A stretch of 63,742 nt of DNA, counting the filler, from Octopus bimaculoides (Eukaryota), in assembly GCF_001194135.2 (NCBI RefSeq). It is 6 parts of 6 records of this genome, joined end to end, with 100 filler letters (N's around TTAATTAATTAA, not from the genome) between each part and the next. Parts side by side here need not be neighbours in the genome. Positions count along the whole stretch, not along the records: positions 1 to 28,326 come from NC_069002.1; 5 more parts are not named here. One strand, 5' to 3'. Shown here in pieces: positions 12,568 through 25,679 of the stretch. The position numbers were made by a program, and so were the translations under genes. Position 1 is the stretch's first letter; the number at the start of each line of letters is the position of its first letter. Below the pieces are notes generated by a model. The model was not told where the DNA came from. It saw only the letters and a list, made by a program, of their open reading frames with translations, and searched no databases.

Positions 12568-13518
12568 GGCGCGGGAGTGGCTGTGTGGTAAGTAGCTCGC
12601 TTACCGACCACATGGTTTCTGGGTTCAGTCCCACTGCGTGGCACCCTGGGCAAGTGTCTTCTACTATAGCCTCGGGCCGACCCAAAGCCTTGTGAGTGGA
12701 TTTGGTAGACGGAAACTGAAAGAAGCCCGTCGTATATATGTATATGTATATGTATATGTGTATNNNNNNNNNNNNNNNNNNNNNNNNNNNNNNNNNNNNN
12801 NNNNNNNNNNNNNNNNNNNNNNNNNNNNNNNNNNNNNNNNNNNNNNNNNNNNNNNNNNNNNNNNNNNNNNNNNNNNNNNNNNNNNNNNNNNNNNNNNNNN
12901 NNNNNNNNNNNNNNNNNNNNNNNNNNNNNNNNNNNNNNNNNNNNNNNNNNNNNNNNNNNNNNNNNNNNNNNNNNNNNNNNNNNNNNNNNNNNNNNNNNNN
13001 NNNNNNNNNNNNNNNNNNNNNNNNNNNNNNNNNNNNNNNNNNNNNNNNNNNNNNNNNNNNNNNNNNNNNNNNNNNNNNNNNNNNNNNNNNNNNNNNNNNN
13101 NNNNNNNNNNNNNNNNNNNNNNNNNNNNNNNNNNNNNNNNNNNNNNNNNNNNNNNTTTCTGGGTTCAGTCCCACTGCGTGGCACCCTGGGCAAGTGTCTT
13201 CTACTATAGCCTCGGGCCGACCCAAAGCCTTGTGAGTGGATTTGGTAGACGGAAACTGAAAGAAGCCCGTCGTATATATGTATATGTATATGTATATGTG
13301 TATATGTTTGAGTGTCTGTGTTTGTCTCCTCAACATCGCTTGACAACCGATGCTGGTGTGTTTACGTCCCCGTAACTTAGCGGTTCGTCAAAAGAGATCG
13401 ATAAAATAAGTACTAGGCTCACAAAGAATAAGCCCTGGGGTCGATTTGCTCGACTAAAGGCGGTGCTCCAGCATGGCCGCAGTCAAATGACTGAAACAAG
13501 TAAAAGAGCAAAAGAGTA
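12568..13518 (+). mobile_element. tRNA-derived CORE-like SINE (family 2) with an internal microsatellite, spanning a gap
   Basis: GGCGCGGGAGTGGCTGTGTGGTAAG head, GGTTCAGTCC B-box-like motif, ccctgggcaagt CORE-like motif, tail ...ggcggtgctccagcatggccgcagtcaaatgactgaaacaag. Confidence 0.88.
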
Positions 13519-13537
13519 AAAAAAAACTTGTCTGCGT

Positions 13538-13898
13538 GGGAACTTCTACATAGTTGCTTGGCATGCACGAAATAGCAACCAAATCTACTTTGTGACACAA
13601 ACGGTCAATACATATGGTGTCGACCGCAACAAGAAGAACATGAACAACTCAAGTTTGTGTACAAGCGAACCTCTACGTAGTTGTTCGATGTGCGAGAAAT
13701 AACAACCAAATCTACCCCGTGACGCAAACGGTGATACATATAACGTCATGAACATCACCGGAAGCTTGTCCATGAGGGAACTTCTAGAACGTCGTTCGAT
13801 CTGCAGGAAATAGCAATCAAATCTGCTTCATAACACAAATGGTTAATACACGTCATCAACAACAACAACACAATCATGTCTACGAGGGAACTTCTACA
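13538..13898 (+). repeat. Degenerate tandem array, 3 full units plus 1 partial, period about 110-127 bp
   Basis: g(g/c)gaac(t/c)tcta...gaaata(g/a)caa(c/t)caaatct...acaaa(c/t)ggt starts at 13538, 13665, 13776 and 13886. Confidence 0.75.
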
Positions 13899-14191
13899 GC
13901 AGTGGTTCTCAACTGGGGTTCGTATGACCCCTTGGGGTTCCGTATAAGGTTTTGCCTTAAAATCTATGAACAATAAGTTGGTTCAATATCGACAATGCAC
14001 AGTAATTTTTTTAATACTATTCTTAATAGACGCAGGCGTGGCTGTCTGGTTAGAAGCTTGCTTCCCAACCACATAGTTCTGAGTTCAGTCCCACTGCGTG
14101 ACACTTTGGGAAAAAAGTCTTCTACTATATTGTCGGGCCGACCAAAGCCTCGTGAGTGTATTTGGCAGGCAGAAACGGAAAGAAGCCTGTC

Positions 14192-14230
<39 letters not shown>

Positions 14231-14553
14231 AGTGTGTGTGTGCGCGCGCAAGGTGTCTGTCTACCCATCTATAGCAAGAAAGGCTACATACAACATCTAT
14301 ATAAAAAACTAAAAGGTAATTATTGTGTAACATTTTACGCCGAAGACAATGGAAGTGGTCCCGAGTCTCTAGGTGCCCTCCTAAGGGAGCTACGGAGCCC
14401 TTTTCGAACATGTACATACCGCAGTTGCAAATAAATCACCAGTCTAAGGGAGATAACTAAACGTTCAATTTATTGAACTCAAATATTACAACAAACAAAT
14501 GTATAAATACCTTTTATTAGGTAACTACAATGTGACGTTGACAATGGTTGTGT

Positions 14554-14787
14554 GAAAGAGCAGCCATGGCGCCAAAGAACATTGCTGTAAATAATTTAAA
14601 TGAAAGACTCGAGAAAGTTTTCCCAGGAAATGAACATACTTATAAATCTATAACTTCTGTTGTTCAGAAATTGTCAATTATCTGGTTGAGTTCTTAAATT
14701 CAATGGAGCCACAAGGAGCACCTCCTCAATGTCTTCAATTGAAAATAGCTGCTCCAATCATGTCTCTGTAGAATTTTTCTCAACCAA
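14554..14787 (+). mobile_element. Helitron RepHel (Pif1-like helicase) fragment
   Basis: [32 protein letters not shown] / [33 protein letters not shown], with one frameshift and a stop. Confidence 0.88.
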
Positions 14788-14845
<58 letters not shown>

Positions 14846-15039
14846 ATATATAGTTAATAAAAGGACATATCAGAAAGAAGCACACTGTAAAAAACAAAGC
14901 AGAAATTATTATAACAAAACTTTATATAGAGTTACTCAAGGTTTCGTACCACAAAGCCAAAGTCTTGTGGACAGCGCGCCAGACACTATATGGAGACGTC
15001 AATAATAATTACAACGATAATCCTTTCTTCTATAGGCAC

Positions 15040-15665
15040 AAGGCCTGAAATTTGGGGGAGGAGTAGAGTTGATTCCATCGACCCCAGTACTCAACTGGTA
15101 CTTATTTTATCGACCCCCCAAAAAGATAAAATACAAAGTCGACCACGGTGGAATTTGAACTCAGAACGTGAAGAGTACAATGATAATGATGGCAACATTG
15201 TGAATATTGACAATAACGATAATACTGCGAGCTGGTAAGAAAGGTGGGGAGATGGCAGAGACGTTAGCACGCCGGGCGAAATGCTTAGCGGTATTTCGTT
15301 TGCCGTTACGTTCTGAGTTCAAATTCCGCCGAGATTGACTTTGCCTTTCATCCCTTTCGGGGTCGATAAATTAAGTAGCAGTTACTCACTGGGGTCGATG
15401 TAATCGACTTAATCCCTTTGTCTGTCCTTGTTTGTCCCCTCTATGTTTAGTCCCTTGTGGGCAATAAAGAAATAAGAAACGTTAGCACGCCGGGCGAAAT
15501 GCTTAGCAGTATTTCGTCTGCCGTTACGTTCTGAGTTCAAATTCCGCTGAGGTCGACTTTGCCTTTCATGATTTTGGGGTCGATAAATTAAGTACCAGTT
15601 GCGTATTGGGGTCGGTCTAATCGACTGGCCCTCCTCACCCTAAATTTCGGGCCTTGTGCCTAGAG
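15040..15665. mobile_element. Cluster of SINE family 3 copies (one minus, two plus)
   Basis: Unit gctggcagaa.cgttagcacgccgggcgaaatgcttagc...GAGTTCAAATTCC (B box)...ggggtcgataaattaagtacc. Confidence 0.88.
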
Positions 15666-16315
15666 TAGAAAACAACATTGTGAATANNNNNNNNNNNNNN
15701 NNNNNNNNNNNNNNNNNNNNNNNNNNNNNNNNNNNNNNNNNNNNNNNNNNNNNNNNNNNNNNNNNNNNNNNNNNNNNNNNNNNNNNNNNNNNNNNNNNNN
15801 NNNNNNNNNNNNNNNNNNNNNNNNNNNNNNNNNNNNNNNNNNNNNNNNNNNNNNNNNNNNNNNNNNNNNNNNNNNNNNNNNNNNNNNNNNNNNNNNNNNN
15901 NNNNNNNNNNNNNNNNNNNNNNNNNNNNNNNNNNNNNNNNNNNNNNNNNNNNNNNNNNNNNNNNNNNNNNNNNNNNNNNNNNNNNNNNNNNNNNNNNNNN
16001 NNNNNNNNNNNNNNNNNNNNNNNNNNNNNNNNNNNNNNNNNNNNNNNNNNNNNNNNNNNNNNNNNNNNNNNNNNNNNNNNNNNNNNNNNNNNNNNNNNNN
16101 NNNNNNNNNNNNNNNNNNNNNNNNNNNNNNNNNNNNNNNNNNNNNNNNNNNNNNNNNNNNNNNNNNNNNNNNNNNNNNNNNNNNNNNNNNNNNNNNNNNN
16201 NNNNNNNNNNNNNNNNNNNNNNNNNNNNNNNNNNNNNNNNNNNCTACTACTACTACTACTACAACTACCTTCACCACCAAAGTTGCTGCTACAAGCACCA
16301 CCACCACCACCACCG

Positions 16316-16346
<31 letters not shown>

Positions 16347-16380
16347 CTTCACCACCAAAGTTGCTGCTACAAGCACCACC

Positions 16381-16415
<35 letters not shown>

Positions 16416-17433
16416 CTCTACTACTACTGTAGTAATGTTGGAAATAGTTACAGTAACATGGACAACGGTGACGATGACATAAGAGACGATTTACAACATT
16501 GTGTATTACTGCACTGGCTCCAACAGCAACAACAACAACTACAACATTGACAACAACAATAATAGCAATATTGACGAGGACGACGATTATAACAACAGCA
16601 ACAGCTGCAAAACGAATAAGAAGAACAACAACAACAATAATGGTGACGAGAAGGAAAAAACAAACAACTATAAGAAGAACAATTACAACAAATCGAAAAA
16701 TGACATCAAACACGACACAATAACAAATATTACAATATAACAAGGAAAACATCGATGACAAAAAAAGACTCCTCTCAGGTTGCGATGACAATGACATATT
16801 CGTCCAAATTGCTAAAAAAAGCAGTTAAATATCCCTCAAAAATACACACAAATGTTTTAATAAACAAATATAAACGGAAGTACGTATTGGAAAATGAAGT
16901 CATAGATATACTTAAATAGATGTGAATGGCATGGGTGGAATGTTTTTAATCATATATGTCGTCTGCCAGAGCTGAAATGGAGCTAAAAATGTAAAATTAA
17001 TAGATATAGAAAAAAATGCAAGAAGCACAACAAAAATGATAATGGCGACGACGACGATGACAACGAAGACGACGACGACGACGGTGATGACCGAAAATAA
17101 ACAATGAAGATGAATAACAGGGGAAAATGGCAGCGATGACTGACAAAGTAGCGAATCAATAATAATAGGAATGTCAAGAATGAAAGGGTTAGCAAGATTT
17201 AGGAAAAAAAAAACCACGTACATCCATACATACATACACATGTGATAAAGGAGAATCATGGAGGTAACTGAATATATCGTCTGTCGTCTGCTTCAATCAT
17301 TTTACTGTCAGATATGTTCGTGTCGAGTCATGTCTGCTTCATTGTTTTCCGGGAGAAGAACTGTGTCTTGTGTGAGTTCAAAGACTCAATTCTTGTGATA
17401 TATGACTGCATATACGTCTATATATTCGTTATA

Positions 17434-17436
<3 letters not shown>

Positions 17437-17521
<85 letters not shown>

Positions 17522-17564
17522 AATACATGTACAAAATCATGCATATATATTATAATATATATTA

Positions 17565-17614
<50 letters not shown>

Positions 17615-17640
17615 GTATGTATGTATGTGTGTGTGTATGG
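17437..17640. repeat. (TA)n and (TATG)n microsatellites
   Basis: Direct inspection; many other (TA)n, (CA)n and (TG)n runs border N gaps across the window. Confidence 0.95.
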
Positions 17641-17911
17641 ATGGAGGGATGGATGTATCTATGTCTGTATGTATGCATTGTGATGTTTATGGGGGAAGGA
17701 AGCCATTTTTCTTTTAAGCGTTTTACACTGAAGATCGGACAGTTTTGAAGTTTAATCTTTTTTTAAAACATTTTTATGAATATTTCATAATTTCCTTATT
17801 ACTCCTTTGAGTTTATTCTGGAAAATTAATGACTCTTATGTTCGTCAAACGATTCTACAGCGTAGACCGTCGCCGTCTTATCTTATTAACGGAGCGCTTA
17901 AAAGCAGCATT

Positions 17912-17957
<46 letters not shown>

Positions 17958-18527
17958 GTAGATATAGATATAGATGTAGATAGATATAGATATGCATACA
18001 TACATATTTATTATATACGTGTATATAATGTCTCGAAATGTATTCCATAACTATTATTTATTTAATATTTATTTAATTTATGCTATAAAATATGATATAA
18101 GTACGACAATGAGATTATGTAAAACTTCCAGGCACGTGTTTTCATGTTCAGTCCCAGGGCGAGGCACCTTGCGCAACTGTCTTTCAATTTGAGTGCAGTT
18201 GATAGACGGAGGCTATTCGAAAGCGTGTCGCGTGTGTGTGAGAGAGAGAGTCTTTATGCTTTTATTTCTCGCCGCTTTCTGATCGTACAATGAGTATCAG
18301 CCAATAAGTACCAGCCAATTTGATCGATCAAAGATGTTAAGAGGGTACTCCAGCCTGACCACAGGCCACTGACTAAAACTGATAAAATTAAGAACGATTG
18401 ATTCTCGTTCCCATGTTATTCAATCATTCTATGCTGCTCTATTCTCGACTAACGCTTTTTCCTTGAGTTTATGTATATTGAGTTCAAACACCAGGTTATT
18501 GGTATGACTATACCTACAGAAATATGA

Positions 18528-18584
<57 letters not shown>

Positions 18585-18891
18585 NNNNNNNNNNNNNNNN
18601 NNNNNNNNNNNNNNNNNNNNNNNNNNNNNNNNNNNNNNNNNNNNNNNNNNNNNNNNNNNNNNNNNNNNNNNNNNNNNNNNNNNNNNNNNNNNNNNNNNNN
18701 NNNNNNNNNNNNNNNNNNNNNNNNNNNNNNNNNNNNNNNNNNNNNNNNNNNNNNNNNNNNNNNNNNNNNNNNNNNNNNNNNNNNNNNNNNNNNNNNNNNN
18801 NNNNNNNNNNNNNNNNNNNNNNNNNNNNNNNNNNNNNNNNNNNNNNNNNNNNNNNNNNNNNNNNNNNNNNNNNNNNNNNNNNNNNNNNNNN

Positions 18892-18927
<36 letters not shown>

Positions 18928-19278
18928 CCACTGAGCCATACTCACTCATACAACTGTTACATAACGTTAACCTAAAGAGAATTAATATTTCGAATATATT
19001 CTGGACATTCTACGTCCGTTTCTAATAAAAAGGAATGAAAAAGTGACAATGCGGAGAAGTCTATTATATACATGCTAAAGGCTCTGCTTTGTCTCTGATG
19101 CTCAAACTATTTCGATCACCTGATTTTAATAGGCTTATCTCCCTTGGTGACACCTTTTACATTTTAAACCAACCTAGACAATGTTTAATCTATTAATTGC
19201 GTGAACTTTCTCACGTGATCGACTTTAATATATTTAATTCCATTTCTTCCAATATATTATTATTATTATTATTATTAT

Positions 19279-19337
<59 letters not shown>

Positions 19338-19502
19338 TTTCAATTTACTGCATCTAATTTAAATTGGCGAAAGATGAAGACACGAAAACAGGAACGTATG
19401 GAAAGGTAACGGAAAAATCCACGAATAAACATATATATGGAGAGAGGGGGAGGGGAGAGAGAGGGGGAGAGAGGGAGAGATAGGAGGAGAGAGAGGAGGG
19501 AG

Positions 19503-19547
<45 letters not shown>

Positions 19548-20372
19548 TGGTGCATGTATGTATGTATATATATACATTTTTATTTACACACACACCGCAC
19601 ACACAAACCTCTACACACAACACACAGTGTGCATACATGCACACTCATACACACACGCACACACACACATACATGACGCATGCACACACACATACATACA
19701 TTTTTACACTCACACGCACGTAAGTACAGACATAGACAGAGTGGGACACACACGCACCCATACACATGTCCACGCGCACACATACACACAATCCCACAAG
19801 GTCTACGTACGCATGCTAACACACGCACGCATCCACACCCGCCCATTTACACACTTTTCACACACTTCTCAGACTATCTCTCGAGCACAGTCTACAACCT
19901 CGACTACAACTGACCGTCCCATCTACGCACATGTCCAAAACACGCAACCACCCATGCATACACCTGTCAATATAGCTGCTGATCTCTCACAACGACATTA
20001 ACAGACACACACACATCACTCACATAAACACATATAAACAGTTAATACCACACACCAAACACACACACACACACACACAATTACCACCACACGCAAGCAC
20101 GCTACCACGCACACACACACGCACACAGTTACAGCCACAGACACACGCTACCTTACACACACTATCACACACACACACACATATGCTACCGCACACAGAC
20201 GAGCAAACACCCACACACACACATAGATGCCAACCATTCTTCACACTCTCCTGTCTCAGAAAGCAGTTTCTCTTTGTCCATCTACTTCCGGTCATTCCAA
20301 AATGTAACTGCAAGTGAACTGTTGGCGATTTTTTCCACCTCCTTCCTTTTCTTTTCGACTTTCCTGTCTCCA

Positions 20373-20407
20373 GTTTCCGAAGAAGAGCTTCGCTCGAAAC
20401 GTCAAAC
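20373..20407 (+). ncRNA. Minimal hammerhead-like motif (U4C variant), PLE-type
   Basis: GTTT-CCGAAGA-A-GAGC TTC GCTC-GAAAC GTC-AAAC: 4-bp stem I, 4-bp stem II, palindromic ACGT stem III, GUC triplet. Confidence 0.6.
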
Positions 20408-20871
20408 AACCACTCTTTCTTTCCTTATCTGAGCATCTTATTAATACTTTGCATGTACCACATCCTCGCGTTATTGTTTTATCTTGTCTTATTTCTCCGT
20501 TTTTTTTTATTATATGTATATATATATATATACATATATNNNNNNNNNNNNNNNNNNNNNNNNNNNNNNNNNNNNNNNNNNNNNNNNNNNNNNNNNNNNN
20601 NNNNNNNNNNNNNNNNNNNNNNNNNNNNNNNNNNNNNNNNNNNNNNNNNNNNNNNNNNNNNNNNNNNNNNNNNNNNNNNNNNNNNNNNNNNNNNNNNNNN
20701 NNNNNNNNNNNNNNNNNNNNNNNNNNNNNNNNNNNNNNNNNNNNNNNNNNNNNNNNNNNNNNNNNNNNNNNNNNNNNNNNNNNNNNNNNNNNNNNNNNNN
20801 NNNNNNNNNNNNNNNNNNNNNNNNNNNNNNNNNNNNNNNNNNNNNNNNNNNNNNNNNNNNNNNNNNNNNNN

Positions 20872-20907
<36 letters not shown>

Positions 20908-21638
20908 GTATATACATATGTGTGTGCGTGTGTGTGTGTGTGTCTTTGTGAATCACAGATAAATATTACAATAACAAAACGAAAAACATCAATAACAACA
21001 GTAGTAGTTGCGGCACTAACAACAACAACAACATCAACACTAGCAACAAAATCAAGAGAGAGATTGCCAAGGAAAATGTTAAGCTTAAACCAAATCATTT
21101 CTTCCGGTCTCAGACCAAAAATAGACCGAAACCGTCCATGTTAGCAATCTTCATTGTACGTTACAGTCTCCAAGTCTCTCATTACAAGTCTAATGGCATG
21201 GCATTGCAGACTATTGTATGTATGTATGTATGTATGTATGTATGTATGTATGTATGTATGTATGTATGTCCTTTCGAGTGTGAATGTGTTTATGTACCTT
21301 AATTTATTTCTCTTTCACATTAATTTTTCTATTTATTTCGTTTTTTTTTTGTGTGTGTACGTGTGTGTGTACGTGTGTGTGTACGTGTGTGTGTAAGTGT
21401 GTGTGTACGTGTGTGTGTACGTGTGTGTGTGTGTGTTGATCCTACCTTAGCGGAACAGTAAAAACCACACACACGCATATATATGTATGTATTTAAAGAT
21501 ATCTCTGCATGTACATATGTATCAACATACATACATGCATATATATATTTATATATGTATGTATGTATATAAATTTATATATATGTATACATTCAAGCAG
21601 ACATATATATATGTATAAATACGCACTGCTTCGCACAT

Positions 21639-21710
<72 letters not shown>

Positions 21711-22181
21711 NNNNNNNNNNNNNNNNNNNNNNNNNNNNNNNNNNNNNNNNNNNNNNNNNNNNNNNNNNNNNNNNNNNNNNNNNNNNNNNNNNNNNNNNNN
21801 NNNNNNNNNNNNNNNNNNNNNNNNNNNNNNNNNNNNNNNNNNNNNNNNNNNNNNNNNNNNNNNNNNNNNNNNNNNNNNNNNNNNNNNNNNNNNNNNNNNN
21901 NNNNNNNNNNNNNNNNNNNNNNNNNNNNNNNNNTATATATACATATATAGATATATATACATATATAGATTTGCTTTACACGTCATTGTCTTTTTTTCTA
22001 TCATATGTGATTATGTGTCAAGGCGTCTCTACTCCGGCTTTTCGTCTGTTATATCTTGAGTTTTCGCTGTTAAAATTGTCGCTATTATTTTCTGTTTTAT
22101 ACGCCCTTTCATGTAAATTCCACATGGTATCGTCCTGTAACATCCTCGATCTCTTTGTTAGGCCCTGAGTGATTAAGAAGC

Positions 22182-22229
<48 letters not shown>

Positions 22230-22259
22230 TACTATTATAACTATAATCAAGCCCAAGGC

Positions 22260-22900
22260 TTTGAGCTGGCAGAATCGTCAGCACACCAGGCAAAATGCTT
22301 AGCGGATGTTTTATCCGTCTTTGCGTTCTTAGTTCAATTTCCGCAGAGGTCGACTTTCTTTTCATCATCCTTTCGCGGTCGATAAAATAGGTACCAGTTG
22401 AGCACAAAGGTAATGGACTTAGCCCCTCCCCTCAACATTTCTGGCTTTGTGTCAAAGTTTGAAAACATTTCTTTCTTTCTTTATGTATTTATTTAGCCTG
22501 AGAGCTGGCAGATTCTTTTGTACGCTGCGTGCAAATGCTAAGCATATTTCGTCCGTCTTTACGTTCTGAGTTCAAATTTCGCTGAGGTCGACTTTGCTTT
22601 TTATCGTTTCGGAGGTCAATAAAATAATTATCTTCTGAGCAACGGAATCGATGTAATTGACTCGTCCACTCGCGAACTTTCTGACCTCATGCTAAAATAG
22701 GAAACCATTATGACACCATATATGGCGGAATCGTTAGCAGTTAGCAAGCCGGACAAAATGGTTAAGGGCTTTTCATATACCTTTACGTTCTGAGTTCAAA
22801 TTTCGCCGTGACGGAAATTGCCATTTATCCCTTCGAGGTAGATAGAATAAACACAAGTTGAGTTTTGGGGGTCGCTGTCATGATTTTGACCCCTCCTTGA
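22260..22900 (+). mobile_element. Three head-to-tail SINE family 3 copies
   Basis: Units start at about 22262, 22500 and 22722. Further copies at 9640-9840, 9960-10070, 36130-36480 (-) and 48185-48330. Confidence 0.85.
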
Positions 22901-23040
22901 AAATGTTAGGCAGTGTACCTATAGTACAGAAGATTATTTCTAATTTTCGCATATGGTCTGCAGCTTTCATTGAGGGAGAGATAGTTGATTACGCTGTCCC
23001 CAGGAATTTGACAGGCATTTTAATATATATACTTGTTCAT

Positions 23041-23450
23041 AGGTGCAGAAGTGGCTGAGTGGTAAGTAGCTTGCTTGCCAACCACATGTTTCAGGATTCA
23101 GTCCAACTGCTTGGCACTTTGGACAAGGGGCTTCTACTATAGCCTCGGGCCGACCAAAGGCTTGTGAGTGAATTTGGTAGACGGAAACTGAAAGAAGCCC
23201 GTCGTATATGTGTGTGCGTGTGTTTGTGTGTGTCTGTGTGTCTGTTTCCCAGCCCTCTCAACATCGGTTGTCAAGCGTTTACGTCCCCGTAACTCCGGCT
23301 AAAGAGACGTCCCCGTAGCTTCGGCAAAAGAGACCGATAGAATAAGTACTAGGCTTACAAAGAAAAGTCCTGGGGTCGATTTGCTCGACTAAAGGCGGTG
23401 CTCCAGCATGGCCGCAGTCAAATGACTGATACAACAAAAAAGAATAAAAG
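23041..23450 (+). mobile_element. SINE family 2, full-length copy
   Basis: Same head, CORE-like domain and tail as 12568-13518. Partial copies at about 3745-3900, 14031-14190, 18120-18370, 46341-46465 (+) and 46580-46712 (-). Confidence 0.88.
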
Positions 23451-25679
23451 ACTAATCTGTTTTATACATACGCATACTGACACATAATATAAAAGTATGA
23501 TATATATATATCTATCTATCTATATATATATATATATATATCACATATATATATATAACCATTACACACACACATANNNNNNNNNNNNNNNNNNNNNNNN
23601 NNNNNNNNNNNNNNNNNNNNNNNNNNNNNNNNNNNNNNNNNNNNNNNNNNNNNNNNNNNNNNNNNNNNNNNNNNNNNNNNNNNNNNNNNNNNNNNNNNNN
23701 NNNNNNNNNNNNNNNNNNNNNNNNNNNNNNNNNNNNNNNNNNNNNNNNNNNNNNNNNNNNNNNNNNNNNNNNNNNNNNNNNNNNNNNNNNNNNNNNNNNN
23801 NNNNNNNNNNNNNNNNNNNNNNNNNNNNNNNNNNNNNNNNNNNNNNNNNNNNNNNNNNNNNNNNNNNNNNNNNNNNNNNNNNNNNNNNNNNNNNNNNNNN
23901 NNNNNNNNNNNNNNNNNNNNNNNNNNNNNNNNNNNNNNNNNNNNNNNNNNNNNNNNNNNNNNNNNNNNNNNNNNNNNNNNNNNNNNNNNNNNNNNNNNNN
24001 NNNNNNNNNNNNNNNNNNNNNNNNNNNNNNNNNNNNNNNNNNNNNNNNNNNNNNNNNNNNNNNNNNNNNNNNNNNNNNNNNNNNNNNNNNNNNNNNNNNN
24101 NNNNNNNNNNNNNNNNNNNNNNNNNNNNNNNNNNNNNNNNNNNNNNNNNNNNNNNNNNNNNNNNNNNNNNNNNNNNNNNNNNNNNNNNNNNNNNNNNNNN
24201 NNNNNNNNNNNNNNNNNNNNNNNNNNNNNNNNNNNNNNNNNNNNNNNNNNNNNNNNNNNNNNNNNNNNNNNNNNNNNNNNNNNNNNNNNNNNNNNNNNNN
24301 NNNNNNNNNNNNNNNNNNNNNNNNNNNNNNNNNNNNNNNNNNNNNNNNNNNNNNNNNNNNNNNNNNNNNNNNNNNNNNNNNNNNNNNNNNNNNNNNNNNN
24401 NNNNNNNNNNNNNNNNNNNNNNNNNNNNNNNNNNNNNNNNNNNNNNNNNNNNNNNNNNNNNNNNNNNNNNNNNNNNNNNNNNNNNNNNNNNNNNNNNNNN
24501 NNNNNNNNNNNNNNNNNNNNAAGGCTTGGCTACTCTGCATTGACAAGGGGCAACACCCTGAAACTAGTCTAGTCTGCAGATGCCAAACCAGCAGGGGGAC
24601 ACTGCTGACCTCCCCTGTTCGAAGGTTATAAAGGACACAGGTTTCGTGTGTCACATAGCTAGCTAGAGGCGATGGCTTCTTGGAGCTAATTCACGGCAGC
24701 TTTCGTCCTAATTTTGGGACTGCCATGTTGGCTTGGCGATAACTATTAATTTCCAGTACCGCTGCCGTAGTCTCCTTTAGAGAGACTTAGAAATATTAAT
24801 AACTCTCTCTCTCTCTATATATATATATATATCACATATATATATATAACCATTACACACACACATATATACTTGCATATATGCATAAATACACATATAC
24901 ATACGTATATAAATGTGCTTGCAGTATTTGTACGCGTGTGAGCATTGATGCGTGCGTGCGTGTACATGCATATGCGTGCGCACGCGCGTATTCGCGTGTG
25001 TCCTATATATATATATATATACAGGATTAATGTGAGTTTTCCAACAAATCTGCGAAGATATACAGATTAAATATCTAAATATCTATTCATTGTAATAAAA
25101 TAACTGGTTTCTCAGACCTTAAGAGGTTTCTAGCGATTCCTCAATCTCAACGGTAAAATGAAATATTATACGATGATAAAGCAGTAAAATATTCGCCACT
25201 CTACCGAAGAATGGCTGCTTTCATTTTATCAAAAATCCATGAAAATCCTATGCAAATATTTTAGAAAGAAGCTCTTTATTATTCAACAAGCATCAAATAT
25301 CAAATCATTTTTTATATTTGACATAAACTTAATATTCCGATACCGCAATGCATGAAATGAATCCAATTATTTCTATATTGAACATTAGTTTATTCCGCAG
25401 TTATCTCTGTGGTGCAGACTGTTCGTGCGCTCTGCTGTTAACCGAAATATTGGTAGTTCAACTCCAGCCGAGGACGACTTACTTTTCAGTGTGAAGCCCT
25501 AGCATGGCCGCTGTCCAATGAGTGAGTCAAGTAAAAGAAGATATAGAAAAAGACAAGAGACCGCTTTTGTATTTGATTTGTAAGATTCTTAATCTTGTGT
25601 GGAAAGAGATTTCGTTGAACGTAGAGAGGGTCATTATGCAAAGAATAACCACATGCACTGGTTCAATTTCACTTCTACT

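Noticed and set aside
12616-13303. Apparent tandem duplication of the SINE head (12616-12763 equals 13156-13303)
   Set aside because: Exact 148-nt copy on both sides of a gap; most likely unmerged overlapping contig ends.
13538-13898. CRISPR-like repeat/spacer pattern
   Set aside because: Eukaryotic context, ~75-bp degenerate repeats, only 3-4 units, no cas genes.
24640-24740. GGAC-GAAA motif suggesting a hammerhead, and an HDV-like fold
   Set aside because: No CUGANGA upstream of the GUCC arm and no stem I; P3/L3 of HDV could not be formed.
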